From NCBI GenBank assembly GCA_964035545.1, contig OZ037768.1, positions 17,033,875 to 17,097,874 of the forward strand: a stretch of DNA of 64,000 bases. Reading direction: 5' to 3'. This document shows, in pieces, positions 62,087 through 64,000 of the stretch. The translations under genes were made by a program, and so were the position numbers. The stretch is from Bugula neritina (taxonomy: Eukaryota; Animalia; Bryozoa). Every line of letters starts with the position of its first letter. Position 1 is the first letter of the stretch. A model generated the notes under the pieces. That model had not been told where the DNA came from. It saw only the letters and a program-made list of their open reading frames with translations, and made no database searches.

Positions 62087-63865
62087 TTACTCTTTTTTCA
62101 AGTATTTTAGAATTGGATCTTTATCATCATCTGGTTTTAATTTTCGTTTGGTTGGCTCACAGGCTAGTTCTGTCAACTCTGACTTTGGTTTTGAAGCATC
62201 CGGCTTTGCAAACCAGTTTCTGAGGTCACCTTTGGACAAGTTTTTCTCCCTAAATAAACATAGCAAAGTCAACTGAAATAAAAACTTGCCAGCTGCCAAT
62301 GAGTCAACAATCAGCTACCTCAAACCTGAGTGAGAGTCATGCCAATATAAATGTAAAAAGATGCGATAAAATCAAATGCAATAACCAAAACCCGATATAC
62401 ACGGAAATCTTTAAAATTTGTAAAACAAACTATAAAAAACCAAAGTAAAGTACAAGTGGAAAAGAAGAAGGAGAAGACAATACCTAAAGAAGAGAAAATG
62501 AACTTTGAATTTTATTTTTGAGTTTTAGCTATCAAAAATAATGCAATCAATATACTACATATAATAATAAATCCATAAGAAAACTAAAAATCTTGTGACT
62601 ACCTCAAAACAATTAATAATCAAGAAAATAATGGCAGAAAATGAAATTTTCAAGTTGAAGTTGTCTTTTCTGAGTGGAAAAAAAGGTTAGACAACTTTAG
62701 GATGTTAAACTTTCTCAAATAAAATTTACGCAATTAGGTTTAAGAAATGGTTAATTCAGTTTGCAATACCTCATGTATTATTATAAACAGCTGTTCTCTC
62801 AAGCAAAAGAAACTTATTTGTACATTATTAAACAACCAAACACATTGTAGAAGGAGCATGAGAGAAGACAACTAATGACATTATAAAGCCCAGTATTTAT
62901 AAAACAGTAAACATGTTTAGTTACATACAGCATAGACTTGGCTGGCAAAGGTAGAGGACAGTCTGGCTCCTGATATCTCACATTGTTCACTTTATCAGTA
63001 ACTTGGTGACTCTCCAAACAATCCCGGCCAGTTATTAAATCCTTGACCTGGCAGCAGCAGAATGAGTCAGCAGTTAATACTCGAACACTCAACACAGAGA
63101 AGTATAGAAACATAAATTCTTAAAATATAATAGCAATTAATTACTGTTTTCAAACTTTCTAAAATCTTAGTGCAACATTTTGCTAATAAGTTTTCATCTT
63201 TACCTTCGAGGAAGGAAAATCTTTGAAACTAAGCCACCTCGCAACGTCTTCATCTGTTTCTAAGATCACCTATAAAGTTTAACATCATGCGGCTATCAAT
63301 TATAAACTATAGCAGTATACTAAACAGTATGTTTTGAAGAAAATGTCAAGAATTGTTACCTACCGGCATGCGGTGGTGTATTTTCCCAACAGCACCCACT
63401 GCTTCAGTAGTTATTATACTATAGGAATAGAGTGGACCATCCTAGAGGAATATAAAAATAACAATGATAACCTGTAACACTAATTACTCTGATGGATGTT
63501 TTTAAATGCACAATTACTGCATTTGTGGCTCAAATGATTCAATTCTTAAGAAATCAAATATAGTCTGTTTATTCAGTAGAAAAGTGTCTTTTTGCTTAAA
63601 GGACTGTTCTCTTCAACTCTTTTTTTTTAAGTTATGGATGTTTTACTAAAATGCTACTAACAGTTCATTATTGGATAAGCCCAAGTAAAATCTACCTGGC
63701 ATTTGCAAACATCAAATATTCCAGCCATAAACAACAGAGGCTTGGTGGCTGCAACAGGTTGATTATTCTCTCCAATGTTTTCACTATCTGCTAATAATCT
63801 GTTAAGAGATGAATCAGTTTTAACTTCTCTTGGTGCTTCGTCTTTCTCTTCTTTCACACGTGATT
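62087..63865 (-). CDS. HMCES: HMCES (SRAP-domain abasic-site protection protein), 3' exons; 5' part lies beyond the window
   Basis: Phase-consistent exons 63865-63696 (..LLFMAGIFDVC..), 63441-63364 (DGPLYSYSIITTEAVGAVGKIHHRMP), 63269-63204 (VILETDEDVARWL..), 63047-62938 (..SHQVTDKVNNVRYQEPDC..) and 62249-62087 (..DLRNWFAK..ILKYLKKE*). MAGIFD, YSxxIIT, IHHRMPVIL and VNN are SRAP-family signatures. Confidence 0.93.
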
Positions 63866-63927
63866 CTTGAATTGAAAGGAAAAAACACTTCACATTGAAA
63901 TTCATTTCTTATAAATTAAGTCTTTTT

Positions 63928-64000
63928 AGTCAATGGTTAGAGAAAAGTGGTCATGGGTTTGATCCTCAGTAAAGGTGATGTTAAGAAGAGCATCGAGTCA
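63928..64000 (+). mobile_element. Partial SINE copy in an HMCES intron
   Basis: ggttagag..gtcatgggtttgatcc..ggtgatgttaagaagagcatc.agtca matches the SINE head and core. Confidence 0.6.

Overview
AT-rich invertebrate (metazoan) genomic DNA with spliceosomal introns. The species cannot be determined from this window. The centrepiece is a tandem pair of + strand giant collagen genes: gene A (CDS 11658-22769, about 3594 aa) and gene B (CDS 35348-44963, about 3088 aa). Both share one architecture: TATA/Inr promoter, non-coding exon, an exon for a short cytoplasmic tail plus type II transmembrane helix, an exon for a coiled coil plus furin site (RRKR / RKRR) plus Tyr/Gly-rich telopeptide, and then one intron-free 9-10 kb exon. 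That exon carries a CxC motif, about 1128 (A) or 965 (B) uninterrupted Gly-X-Y triplets and an 18-aa GGY-containing tail, with no C-propeptide. The transmembrane exon is nucleotide-identical over 172 nt between the two genes, while introns and the next exon are barely alignable. The helices differ sharply in chemistry: A is Ala/Gln-rich and charge-poor, B is Asp/Glu/Arg/Ser-rich. Between the genes is a decayed Academ-like DNA transposon with nested RTE, MITE and pogo-like insertions. Flanking genes are an unidentified 10-exon + strand gene (800-9916, 5' part outside the window), an unidentified - strand gene convergent with collagen B (45392-55203 or further), and the 3' half of HMCES (- strand, 62087-63865). 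tRNA-derived SINEs, a MITE and a minisatellite are also present. The many long shifted-frame and antisense ORFs over the collagens are periodicity artefacts.
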